Shown here piece after piece: positions 37,385-47,869 of a DNA stretch of 64,000 nt. The stretch comes from Carcharhinus amblyrhynchos (taxonomy: Eukaryota). Under the pieces are notes generated by a model. The model worked only from the letters and a program-made list of their open reading frames with translations. It was not told the DNA's origin and did no database searches. The translations under genes were made by a program, and so were the position numbers. Location of the stretch: NCBI GenBank assembly GCA_965287045.1, contig OZ336882.1, positions 6,820,001 to 6,884,000 on the forward strand. The letters are read 5' to 3'. The stretch's first letter is position 1, and the number at the start of each line of letters is the position of its first letter.

Positions 37385-37522
37385 GGGGTTTAACGTATCA
37401 TCCCTAACATGGCACCGATAGTACAGCTCTCCCTGTGCACTGTCATGGAGCTTCAGCCTAGATTTTGTGCTCAAGTTTCTGGATTTCGAATTGAAACTAC
37501 AACCTTGTAACTCAGGGGCGAG
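37385..37522 (-). mobile_element. Deu-domain SINE (SacSINE1/AmnSINE-like) 5' part
   Basis: GGTTTAACGTATCATCC...CAGCCTAGATTTTGTGCTCAAGTTTCTGG...ACAACCTTGTAACTCAGGGGCGAG matches the reverse complement of a Deu-SINE head as recalled. Confidence 0.65.
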
Positions 37523-38286
37523 GCAAATTGTCCTCTAAGGTTTGCAGGGGCGTAATGATGAGTCAATTTCGAACATACTATGCATGGAACAAATGTGTCT
37601 CCCTCCTTCATGATGTGTTAATGCGCGCCCAAGTCAAAGTAGCCACGCAATGCATCTATGGGTCTGCACACAGTAAACTGAAGCCAAACGAAAAATTGTA
37701 CGAGAATGCTGCAAAACCAGCGACAGTTAAAACTTAAATGCATAGCAATTCAGAATTAATATTTAGTTTTGTGTATCAACATTGTTTGATAGGAGACTCT
37801 CAGGGCCTGACCTCAGGCCTTCAATCCAATTGTAACAACTTAACTGATTAATCTGAAATTTCACTTTGTTTTGAAGCACAACTGTATGCCGCTCAAAATA
37901 ACTGAGCCGAGACTATTAAAATATTGGAGAGTGAGATTTAAGAAGGCTCTATTCAGTTTCCTTTCAAAAACATTTTTCAGTATGTAGTTAGTTAGACATT
38001 AGTAAAAACAGAAATCATAAGCAGTTGAAAGACAAGTTTCTACAAACGTGCAAGTAATTAGTATACTAATCAAGACTGTAAAATGGGGTTTATAGACAAG
38101 AATAGCTATGACTGAACGCAAGGAAAATGGAAAGAAGAGTGGGCAGTTCTGGCGCATTAGATTTGCCGTTTTCAAAATGGAAATCTAGAATCTTGCATGA
38201 GATACAACCTCCAATTCAGGACATAATAAATATTTCTTTACCAAAACGCATTACCTGTCAGTGGGAGAATGAAACTGCTGCCTTAG

Positions 38287-40680
38287 TTAATTTCTTCCGT
38301 TGATGTCATGAACACTCACATCATTGAAAGGCAACGTAGGATGACAGGGTTTTAAAAAGAGAAAATCACTCTTCGATGATTCAGGTGATAAACACACAGT
38401 GTAACGATAACCTTCAGTCTGAACTGACCCGCTGTAATTTAAAGGTTCACTTGTGGCTTGCCTCCGATTAAAACCATCATTGGAATTCCTCCGACTATAA
38501 CAACGACCTGTAGAGGTATAGTCTTCAGCAATATTTCTGTCTTGTCTATACTTCAGGATGACCAATCCAATAATCGTTACCAGGAACAAAAAGGAAGTGG
38601 ATCCTAAAATGATGATCAGATAACTATTTAGATCTGAAAAATATTCCAAGCGTCTGGGTTCATCCATTCGTTCAAAAGAGTTCTCAGTCACATTGGACAT
38701 TATTGTAAAGGAGATTGTGGCCGTACTGGAGAGGCTTGGTTGTCCATTGTCCTTCACACAGAGGATCACATTTTTTGTAATGATTTCTTGGTCTCTAATA
38801 CTTCGTGTTGCTCTGATTTCCCCAGAGAGAATACCAATTGTGAACAGATTAGGATCAATGGCCTCCAATAATTGGAAGGAAAGCCTCGCATTCTGACCAG
38901 AATCCTCATCTGTCGCAATCACCTTGGTGATTAAGTAACCTGGATAAGTTGACTGGGGCATTATCTCCACGAATGCTGAGCTGTTCCACGTCAGAGGTGA
39001 AAGGATAACCGGCGCATTGTCATTTTGGTCTAGGATAATAACATTGACAATAGCAGTACCACTTAATGGAGGAAATCCAGCATCATGAGCTTCAACGCTG
39101 AATTGAAAATGTTTCAGTTGCTCATAATCAAAGGACTGCAGTGCGTAAATGTTCCCATTCTTGGAGTTAATCGTGACGTAAGCAGAGGAAGACATATCTT
39201 GCTTTGCATTGTCGAGAATAGAATAGGAAATTTCTCCATTTTGATTCAAATCAGCATCATATGCATTAACAACAAATATAGAAGCACCAGGTGTATTATT
39301 CTCCATCAGGTATACATTATATGAGGATTGTGTAAATTTTGGAGCGTTGTCGTTGATATCAGTTATGGAAACCAAGATGAGTTTACTTGTTGAAAGAGGT
39401 GGCGAGCCTCCGTCCCAGGCAGAAATGGAGATGTTGTACAATGGGATCAGTTCATGGTCCAGAATACCGTTGGTAACCAACTTGTAGTTATTCCGTAAAG
39501 GGTTTTCAATGTTGAACGGAATACTCCCTGGAATCTGACAGTGAACTTCTCCAAATTCATCAGAATCAGCATCAGTTACACTGAACAAAGCTATCGTCGT
39601 TCCTGCTGGAGCATCCTCCCGCACAGCACTGGCAACTACAGTTACGTGCAACTCAGGAAAATTATCGTTCGTGTCAATGACATCGACCACAACATTTGCA
39701 TGGGCTGCCAATCCTGGTGGAACATGTTCCACTGCTTGTACGTCAAGTTCATAAACATTCGCTTCTTCAAAATCCACGACTCCTTGAACTCTGATCTCCC
39801 CAGTAGCAGGGTCCAATTGGAACAAATCACGGATATTTTGGGAAACGTGATTGGTGAAGGAATATGTTACTTCAGCATTTGTACCTTCATCCATATCCGC
39901 AGCATTAATTTTTATCACTAAGGTACCATTGGCGACGTTTTCCACGACAGTCGCCCTGTAGGTTTCCTGATCGAAAATAGGGGCGTTATCATTTCCGTCC
40001 ATTACATTAATGATAAGCTGAGCTGTGCCAGACCTGTGAGGAATCCCACCGTCTATGGCCGTCAGTTGAAGAGTAAACATTGATTGTTTCTCGCGGTCTA
40101 AAGGCTTTTTCAGTAAAAGCTCAGCATTTTTACTTCCATCCCGTCTTGTCTGCACTTTGATAGCGAAGTTCTCGTTTGGACTGATCTTGTAAGTGTTGAT
40201 TGCGTTTGTACCTACATCCGGATCCTGCGCGCTCTCGAGAGGGAAGCGCGCCCCTGGCGCAATTAATTCATTGATCTGCAAGTGGAATTCCCTCTTCGGA
40301 AAGATGGGCGAATTATCATTTACATCTTGTATCTCCACTGAAACGGGATACATTTCCAAAGGGTTGACGAGCGCGATTTGAACAGAAAGTGAACAGGGAG
40401 AGCTTTTTTTGCAAATCTGTTCTCTGTCGATTCTTTCATTAACAAATAAAAAACCATTTTCCGGATTTACCTCCATGTATTGTTTCGGGTCATCTGAAAT
40501 CAGCCGAAATTTGCGAGACGGTAATTCCCAAACATTAAGTCGTATATTTTCAGCGATATTCCCAATAAAGGCCCCACGTTCCAGTTCCTCAGGAATCGAG
40601 TAGCGAAGCTGCTCCGAAACCAAGTCGGACACACACAGCACGAAAATGAAGACCGTCCGACTCATCAGTAAGTTCGCCAT
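38287..40680 (-). CDS. pcdh: Clustered protocadherin variable exon 4
   Basis: Intact ORF. The first ATG in paralog-like context (GCG ATG GCG) is at 40680, giving MANLLMSRT...QLRYSIPEE. Six ECs, TM, and tail YTVCLSPESSKSDFLFLKP. The ORF-track start at 40722 is non-ATG. Confidence 0.96.
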   Translation of the reverse strand: MANLLMSRTVFIFVLCVSDLVSEQLRYSIPEELERGAFIGNIAENIRLNVWELPSRKFRLISDDPKQYMEVNPENGFLFVNERIDREQICKKSSPCSLSVQIALVNPLEMYPVSVEIQDVNDNSPIFPKREFHLQINELIAPGARFPLESAQDPDVGTNAINTYKISPNENFAIKVQTRRDGSKNAELLLKKPLDREKQSMFTLQLTAIDGGIPHRSGTAQLIINVMDGNDNAPIFDQETYRATVVENVANGTLVIKINAADMDEGTNAEVTYSFTNHVSQNIRDLFQLDPATGEIRVQGVVDFEEANVYELDVQAVEHVPPGLAAHANVVVDVIDTNDNFPELHVTVVASAVREDAPAGTTIALFSVTDADSDEFGEVHCQIPGSIPFNIENPLRNNYKLVTNGILDHELIPLYNISISAWDGGSPPLSTSKLILVSITDINDNAPKFTQSSYNVYLMENNTPGASIFVVNAYDADLNQNGEISYSILDNAKQDMSSSAYVTINSKNGNIYALQSFDYEQLKHFQFSVEAHDAGFPPLSGTAIVNVIILDQNDNAPVILSPLTWNSSAFVEIMPQSTYPGYLITKVIATDEDSGQNARLSFQLLEAIDPNLFTIGILSGEIRATRSIRDQEIITKNVILCVKDNGQPSLSSTATISFTIMSNVTENSFERMDEPRRLEYFSDLNSYLIIILGSTSFLFLVTIIGLVILKYRQDRNIAEDYTSTGRCYSRRNSNDGFNRRQATSEPLNYSGSVQTEGYRYTVCLSPESSKSDFLFLKPCHPTLPFNDVSVHDINGRN

Positions 40681-40909
40681 CGCTCTGGCAGAATTGTGTG
40701 GCACAATATTGAAATTTCTCACAATAGAGTATATTGATTTGCGTCGTAGAACATAACAATTACCAACAGTATATCGTTATCCTACTACGAATGGACGAAC
40801 GTAACGACACAATGTGGAGAGCTTTTCCAAACATGTCCGCGCACCACAAAGGCAAAGACTGTCTGGCTCTCCGATTCTGTTCTGTTTCGCTAACGAAGGA
40901 GGGGGGGTC

Positions 40910-40994
40910 GATCGCTCGCAGAGTCTCGGCTTCTTATTGGTAGACAGCGACACGAAGAGTCCCAACCAATAACTGCAACAAATTTTCTTAAAGC
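40910..40994 (-). promoter_or_regulatory. Protocadherin promoter module with CSE/CGCT box for gene 4
   Basis: Invariant 21-mer at 40933-40953, GATC at 40910, CTTAAAGC at 40987; 253 bp from the ATG. Confidence 0.9.
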
Positions 40995-41849
40995 TAGGCT
41001 GATTCTAGATAATTTATATGCCACCGAACGTTATATTTACAGGTGTACAATTACAATTATATGGACAAGCATGCACAGAAATCTTGTGTTCTGTTTCAGC
41101 CTTAATCTTAAACGTGAAATATCGGAATACTGAGACCTCTGGTAATTGCAGCGTTCAAATCCGCAAACGTAATCAAATACTAATCGCTATATTATCACCG
41201 TTGAATTTAGTTACTGGTAGGTTTCTGAATTTACAACGGCGCCTAATCTTTAAACGTCCTTCAATAATTTTAAAGGGTTTCGAGATGCTTTGAGATCTGG
41301 AAAGGCTTTACATATATGCTAAGTGCATCCATGGCTTTCGGAATGATTATGTCACCAAATGAAAATTATAGTAAGTTGTTGTAGCATGTGTATAAATATC
41401 AACGAATATTTTAAGCTTATACTGATTTTTTCTGATACCTTTCTTCTTAATTCATTTTTGTATAACATTTCCACTGTCGTCATAGTGATGGTAAGTGAAA
41501 GATCGCCTCGCCCCACACTTGCAGATTGGTGCCCCTTAAACTATAACACAATGTTGATGGGTCCCTTTTTCAACCGTGATTAATGCCCAAAATCTGCCTA
41601 CGATGACTGTCGTTCTGAACAAAGATCGCTTAAATATTTTTTTTCCGAGAAAACAACTCAGATATATTGTCAGACGATGGTTACATCAAATAACAGTACT
41701 TCTATTCCATTGGCTGTATAGAATTATTCCCTTCAGCATCACATTATCAGTCAATTTCAGATATCGTGCCAGCTTTAAGAGAACTTCCTGGCGTAGTTCT
41801 AATGTCCTTGGGCCAGTAATAGGTTTGGGATGAGTGGTCACATGAACTG

Positions 41850-42136
41850 ACAGAATTTGAATTCCAAAAGTAGTGTATAGAATTAAACAACAGTCCTGGT
41901 AACTATGGAACCTATCATCGCTTGTTATAAAAACTTATCTGGTTCAGAAATGAGCTTTAGGGAAGGAAATCTGTTGTCCTTACCTGTTCCGACGTACATA
42001 GGAAACCAGTCCCTACTGGTTGACTCTAGATTGTCCTCTGAAATTTCCCAGCAACTCGCTCAAAGGACAATTCGCGATGGACAACAAATGTTGGCCTTCT
42101 CAGCGACGCCCATATCCCAAGATAAAAACAATGAAT
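41850..42136 (+). mobile_element. SINE-like repeat sharing its 3' tail with the LINE family at 57690
   Basis: TTTAGGGAAGGAAATCTGTTGTCCTTACC core and tail GATGGACAACAAATGTTGGCC...AGCGACGCCCATATCCC...ATGAAT. Confidence 0.6.
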
Positions 42137-42151
42137 ATTTCGTTCACGTTT

Positions 42152-42582
42152 AAAGAACAAAGAGCAAACAAAATTACAGCACGGGAACAGCCCTTCGGCC
42201 CTTTAAGTCTGCACCGACAATGCTGCCACCTTCCGGGCACCATATCCCTCTACTTCCATCTCACTCATGCACTTGTCAAGACGCCCCTTAAAGGTCACTA
42301 AAGTATCCGCTTCCATTACTACCCCGGCAACGAGTTCCAGGTACCCACCATTCTCTGTGTAAAAAATCTATCTCGTACATCTGTTTTAAACGTTGCCCCT
42401 CGCACCTTAAACCTGTGCTCCCTAGTTTTTGACTCTTACACCCTGGGAACCAGCTTCTGACTATCCACTCTGTCCATGCCTGTCATAATCTTGTAGACTT
42501 CTATCAGGTCTCCCCTCAACCTCCGTCGCTCCAGTGAGAACAACCCAAGTTTCTGCAACTTCCCCTCATAGCTAATACCCTT
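42152..42582 (-). mobile_element. 5'-truncated CR1 LINE 3' end
   Basis: (AAAGAAC)-type tail, CCCTTCGGCCC, and TCATAATCTTGTAGACTTCTATCAGGTCTCCCCTCAACCTCCGTCG (reverse complement of RRLRGDLIEVYKIM). Confidence 0.88.
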
Positions 42583-44349
42583 CAGCAATATAGCTTGTTA
42601 CTGACTGGTTACACGTCACTGCATATGAATTCCCATGACTTCGCTTTCATTTTTGAGTGGTAACTTGATCAAACTCCATTCATACATTGTGCATACCATT
42701 CTCTTGGTATGGAGGGAATTATCGTTGTTTCTACGTCCAATTAACCTGTTGTCAAATTGCCACAAATTGGTTAGACTGTTTTTAAATAATGAGCCAGTGA
42801 GTGGCTCATATGCTGTAAACTCTTACCTTCTCTTTCGGCGAATTATCCTGTGATATTAGATTGTGGCTGAAATTAGGGACAGGAATTGCATACAACGTTA
42901 AGCAAAATGTGCGTGAGAGGGGAAAATGTGCAGATTCATTCAAATCTGTGAGGAGTCGTGGAGAAGAATGCAGTGCACAATTTTCTATTATTTTTGCTCT
43001 TTCTTCCAATGCTGCGTGAGGCTTTCAATAAAGGTCTGAAAATCGCCAAGGCACAATTTGTAGAATAATGCAACTGTTTTCCAATTTCATAGTTGTTTTC
43101 ATGTTCATAGTCGTATTTTTGTTTTTAGTTGTCTTATTCCGGGGCTGCAACTCTAACATTTGCAACATTTGAACGTTTTAGCTTTGCGAAGAGTTGAAAT
43201 TGAAATTCCCCGTTTGATCTTGGTGTTTATTCCATTATTCAAAATGACGCAAAAGAATCCTGTCTTCTGGGTGGTTATAGACACCCGTGGTACATAATGT
43301 GCTTAACAAAATACACTGCGGATCTGATAAACATCATAAAGTTTAATGAGATATAATTATGACAGTGTTACATCTGCAAAAATGAAAGCGAAGTCATGAC
43401 AATTCATATGTAATGATGTGTAATCAGTCAGTAACAAACAATATTGCTGGGTTTGCACTTTGCCTTCATGTCAAGAACACGAATTCGTTATGGAGTTCTC
43501 AATTATCAAAGAAATACGACTTTAATCAACTATTTTCTCATAATTATATGGGTTCTCTGCCAATATGCAAAGCCCCAAGAAGCCCCATAACTAAGAAGAT
43601 GGCAATATTCCTTGAACTAGGAAGGCTATATTTTATTCATACTACAGATTTATTAGTGGTTTATTACAAATGATGCATTTAATGCATCACGTAAAGAGTA
43701 CAGATTAAGAATTATTGCGAAATGGCAATACGTGTCAAAAGATTCCGAGGACGCTTCTAACTGAAATGTTAAATACATTCCCAAGCATGCTAGATACCAA
43801 TTACAACCACAGTTGAACTTACATCTGTCATGCTCCATTATGTCCATGACAAAACATGTCTTTGCATATTAATTTGACTGCAAGATATAGGTGAATTTGA
43901 CATTGTAGTCCAACTACTAGGACTTTGAAAACTCAAGCACATATCTAATCCCAGAGTACAAAATTACGAAGCAAATTTTAACTTCATGCGACCATGCTTG
44001 CCATTTCAGTTACAGTTACCTTCAATATTGAAATTATTGTTCAAAATAAAGTCAACGTTGATTGTATATTCTGCATGCTTAAATAATTTCAGACTCAGAC
44101 GGTCAGAATGGCTTGTTCATTTCGGTCAGCAGTATCCTAATAATTAAACATTAAGTTACGCAGGTTACAAACATTATTCAAGTATGAAAATGCACGTTCA
44201 AATCGAATCCCAATTTATCTACAATGAGCGTTACATAATATGTGATTCATATTTACATCGCACAGTGAGGCCATTCAATTTAACAGGCCCATGTCAGCAT
44301 TTATGCATCTCTCGCGCTTCCCCCCAACTACTCTGTCTAACGTTATTAA

Positions 44350-45443
44350 CAAATATGGATGGTGAGTGTCGAAAGGAGGGTGTTGACATTCTGAGGACGC
44401 GTTGAGACAAAAAGGAAGGTGTTATTGGAGGTTTTGAAAAAGATTAAGTTGGACAAGTCCCAAGGGTCTACCCCAGAATACTGAGTGAGACGAGGGAAGA
44501 AAATGCTGAGGCCTTGGCCAGTATCGTTGTATCCTCTTTAGCCATGGGCGAGGTAACAGAGGATTGGAGAGTAGCTAACATTGTTCTTCTTTTTAAGAAA
44601 GGCAGAAAACACAATCTGTGAAATTACAGGCCTGCGAGCCTTACATCAGTGGTGGGGAAGTTATTGGAGAATATTCTTAGTGACAGGGCGTAGTCTCGTC
44701 TGGAAGATAGGCAGTATGGTTTGTGAAGGGGGTGGGGTCGAGTCTCACCAACTTGGTTGAGTTCTTTGAGGAAGTAACAAGAAAAATTCACCAGGGCAGG
44801 CAGCAGATGTATGCATGGATTTTAGTAAAGCCTTCGGTAAGGTTTGCAGGCTGATAAGGGACGCCAAGTCAAATGGGTTCCGAGGTGAGCTGGTGAGACG
44901 GATACAAAACTGGCTTGGTTATAGAAAGCAGACAGTAACAGTGGAAGGGTACATTTTCTAACTGGAGATCTGTGACAAACCGTGTTCCACAAGGAGCAGT
45001 GATGGGGCCTCTGTTGATTATAATATATGTAAATCATTTGGAGGAAAACGTGGGTGGTCTGTTTAGTAAATATGCCGATGATACAAAAATTGGGGGAGCA
45101 GCTGATAGTGAAGAGGATTGTCAGATGGTACAGCAGGATATTAATTAGCTGGAGACCTGGGCTGAAAAATTGCAGATGGAATTTAACACGGACAAATGTG
45201 AGGTGATGCGATTTGGTAGGTCTACTGCAGAAGGAAAGTACACAGTAAATGGTAGAAGCCTTAGAAATATGAGCACACAAAGGGATCTTAAGCATGCAGA
45301 TCCAGAGTTTCCAAAAGATGACAACTCAGTTGGACAAGGTTAAAGAAGGAGTATGGCATGCTGGCCTTCATCAATCCGGGTATTGAAAATAGGAATTGGA
45401 AATTCATGTTTCAGTTGATTTTGGTTAAGACTTTGGTTAGGCT

Positions 45444-45476
<33 letters not shown>

Positions 45477-45973
45477 ATATTACCGGAAGGATGCTGATGC
45501 ATTGAAAAGGGTGCAGAAGAGATTCATCAGGATATTACCTGATTTAGAGGATATGTTCAATGAAGAAAGGTTGAACAACCTTGGATTCTTTTCATTTGAG
45601 CGTCAGATGATGAGGGGAACTTGATAGATGTTAACAAGATTCTGACAGGCTTGGACGACATGTCTTTCCCAGGGTCGAAGGGTCAATTTCTCGGGGGTAT
45701 AGGTTGAAAGTAAGAAGGCGAAATTTCAGAAGAGATGTAAGGGACACGTTTTTCACTCATAGGGTGGTAAACACCTGGACCATGCTGTTGGACAAGGTGG
45801 CGGAAGCAGATTCTATAACAACGTACAAAGGACATCTGGATAGACACATGAATAGGCAGGGAAGAGAAGGATGTGGGCGACGTGGGGGAAAAAAATCAGA
45901 GAGACATCTGTGTCAGCACAGGCTTGGTCGGCCGAAGGGCCTGCTCCTATGTTGCACTTTACTTTGTTCTTTG
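44350..45973 (+). mobile_element. 5'-truncated decayed CR1 LINE (RT region)
   Basis: GACAAGTCCCAAGGG, AGTAAATATGCCGATGATACAAAAATTGGG (SKYADDTKIG), KTLVRLHLEYCVQFWSPYYRKD, and tail GGCCGAAGGGCCTG...TTTGTTCTTTG. Confidence 0.9.
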
Positions 45974-45974
45974 A

Positions 45975-47190
45975 GACCAAGAAGGGGGAGCGGGACACCG
46001 AGGGATGCGAGAGACTGGAGGGGGAGGCTATCATGGACAATTCGAGGAAGGGGTGGTGTACAAAACTGTGGGATCGCAATGGTGGGCGGAGGGGGGGGGG
46101 TGCTTTGAAGAAGAGGTCAGAGGGTCAGAAGGCGAGGGGGGAGATCAGTGTGGAGGAGTGATCAGAGTGGAGGGGGTTCAGGCAGAGATCGATGCTGCAG
46201 CGAAGGAGGAGCTAGGACGGGGGACAGTGTTCGGAGCATGCATATCGGAGAGGAATCGGGGTCGAGCTGAGAGAGATGCTTGGGTTGGGAGTGGGGGAGG
46301 GCGGACGGTTGAGGATCGGTTTGGAGTGGGATTGGAGTGGAAGGGAGGGCAGAACAGGTGGGGGTGATGGGGCAGAGGTGTGGTCAGAGGACCAAACCGG
46401 GGCATGATCCCAGCAGAGGGGGCGTTTAAAAAGAGGGAGGTTCCAGCTGAATGGAGTTGAGGAAGGGGAGGCTGGGAGTAGAGGACGTTTGAAGCAGAAG
46501 GGGTTGTTAAAGCGCAGAGCACTGACGGAGCGGCAGTAGATCAGAGCGGCAGGGACCAGGGGCTATTGGCGAGTCACAATGTAGAGGTGAATGGTTAGGA
46601 GCGAATGGTTGGGTCGGAAGGGGGCTTGGGTGGAGGGAGCGGGGAATGATCTGATCGGAAGGAGTTGTTGGAACGGACGTGTGCCTCCTACCAAACTGAC
46701 CGGAGATGAGGCATTCTGAGTGGAGGTATGGGTCGCAACGTGGGGTGCGTCGTTATTAAAAGTAGAGGAATTGGGCTGGAGGGGGAAGTTTGAAGCAAAG
46801 AGGGATAGAGTTTGAAGGAGGCGGGTCATAGTGGAGGAAGGTTTGGAGTGGATGGAGGAGGCCAGAGCAGGAGAGATAGGTCCGAGTTGCAGACTGGGCA
46901 GAGGGCCCAGAGTCGACCAGCAGAGAAGTCAGGGCAGGGGCTGGGTGAGTGTTGATGAAACCTGTAGGGAGAGGTGATATGACCAGAAAGATGTTCGAGC
47001 TGTGGCGTGGTCGGAGCGGAGTTTGAAAGTCAGGGCGACAGGTGTTTTGATTAGAGGGCCTGACCGGAGTGGAGAATGGCATCGGCTGGGAATGGGAGTG
47101 CTGGTCGGACAGCGTGAGAGGGTCGGGTCAGGGTTGGGTTTGGTGCGGTTGAGTCTTCCTGTTTCGACAGTTACTCTGGAGTGAGAAGTT
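45975..47190. other. GC-rich, strongly purine-skewed (G/A on +) 1.2-kb segment of uncertain origin, possibly a decayed Penelope-like 5' region on the minus strand
   Basis: Abrupt compositional shift with many GGAG/GGGG tracts and retained CpGs. No recognisable protein motif; ORFs are Pro/Ser- or Gly/Arg-rich. Confidence 0.4.
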
Positions 47191-47869
47191 TTCTTTTCCT
47201 TTCTAAGTCTTCTGAGTGACTGTCAGGGTAGAAGAGGCTGAACCATCCGCATTACATCAGTTCTGTCGGATGGCTTCCAGCCCAGCGCAATAATCCAGAG
47301 GAAGTTAGCATTTTGGAACTCAGAGATTCGCCAAGGCATCAGTAGGGTGCTCCCAAATGCGATTCTCGGTAACCAGGAAGTTATGGGCCTACATGTTTGA
47401 TGGCAATATGTTATAACCAGAAGTTCAAATTCATAGTGAACAACGTTGCAGTCCACATGCTGAGTAGCATGTCTGCGCGTGCGTTAGCATATGTACAATG
47501 ACGTAGATGCCAAAGCGTTTGGTTTTCAAAGACATTAGTTGAATTATTTACGCGCTGGGGACTGTGGTGAATAATCATTCACACTGATATAATGGCACCG
47601 GCATCTCGACTGCAAATGCAGTGAATATTGTCAAGGTAAAGTTGAACAATAACTGAACACGACTATTGTGCACTTCAAACAGTATCTTTCAGTGACTGAT
47701 TTCGTTAAGAACACACATACCTTAATATGGCAGACGTATACGCGTGTAAGTGCAGTTATGAATATGATGAAAAGAAAGGCACAAGTTTTTAAAATGAAAC
47801 AACGAAGTGATGGGACACATATTCGTGAAGGGAATGATGAGTAGTAGACCTGCATGAAACCATTCTGAG

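Noticed and set aside
40681-40722. ORF-track N-terminal extensions of gene 4 (and gene 5, 56024-56053)
   Set aside because: Non-ATG starts. The downstream ATGs match paralog signal-peptide length, Kozak context and CSE spacing.
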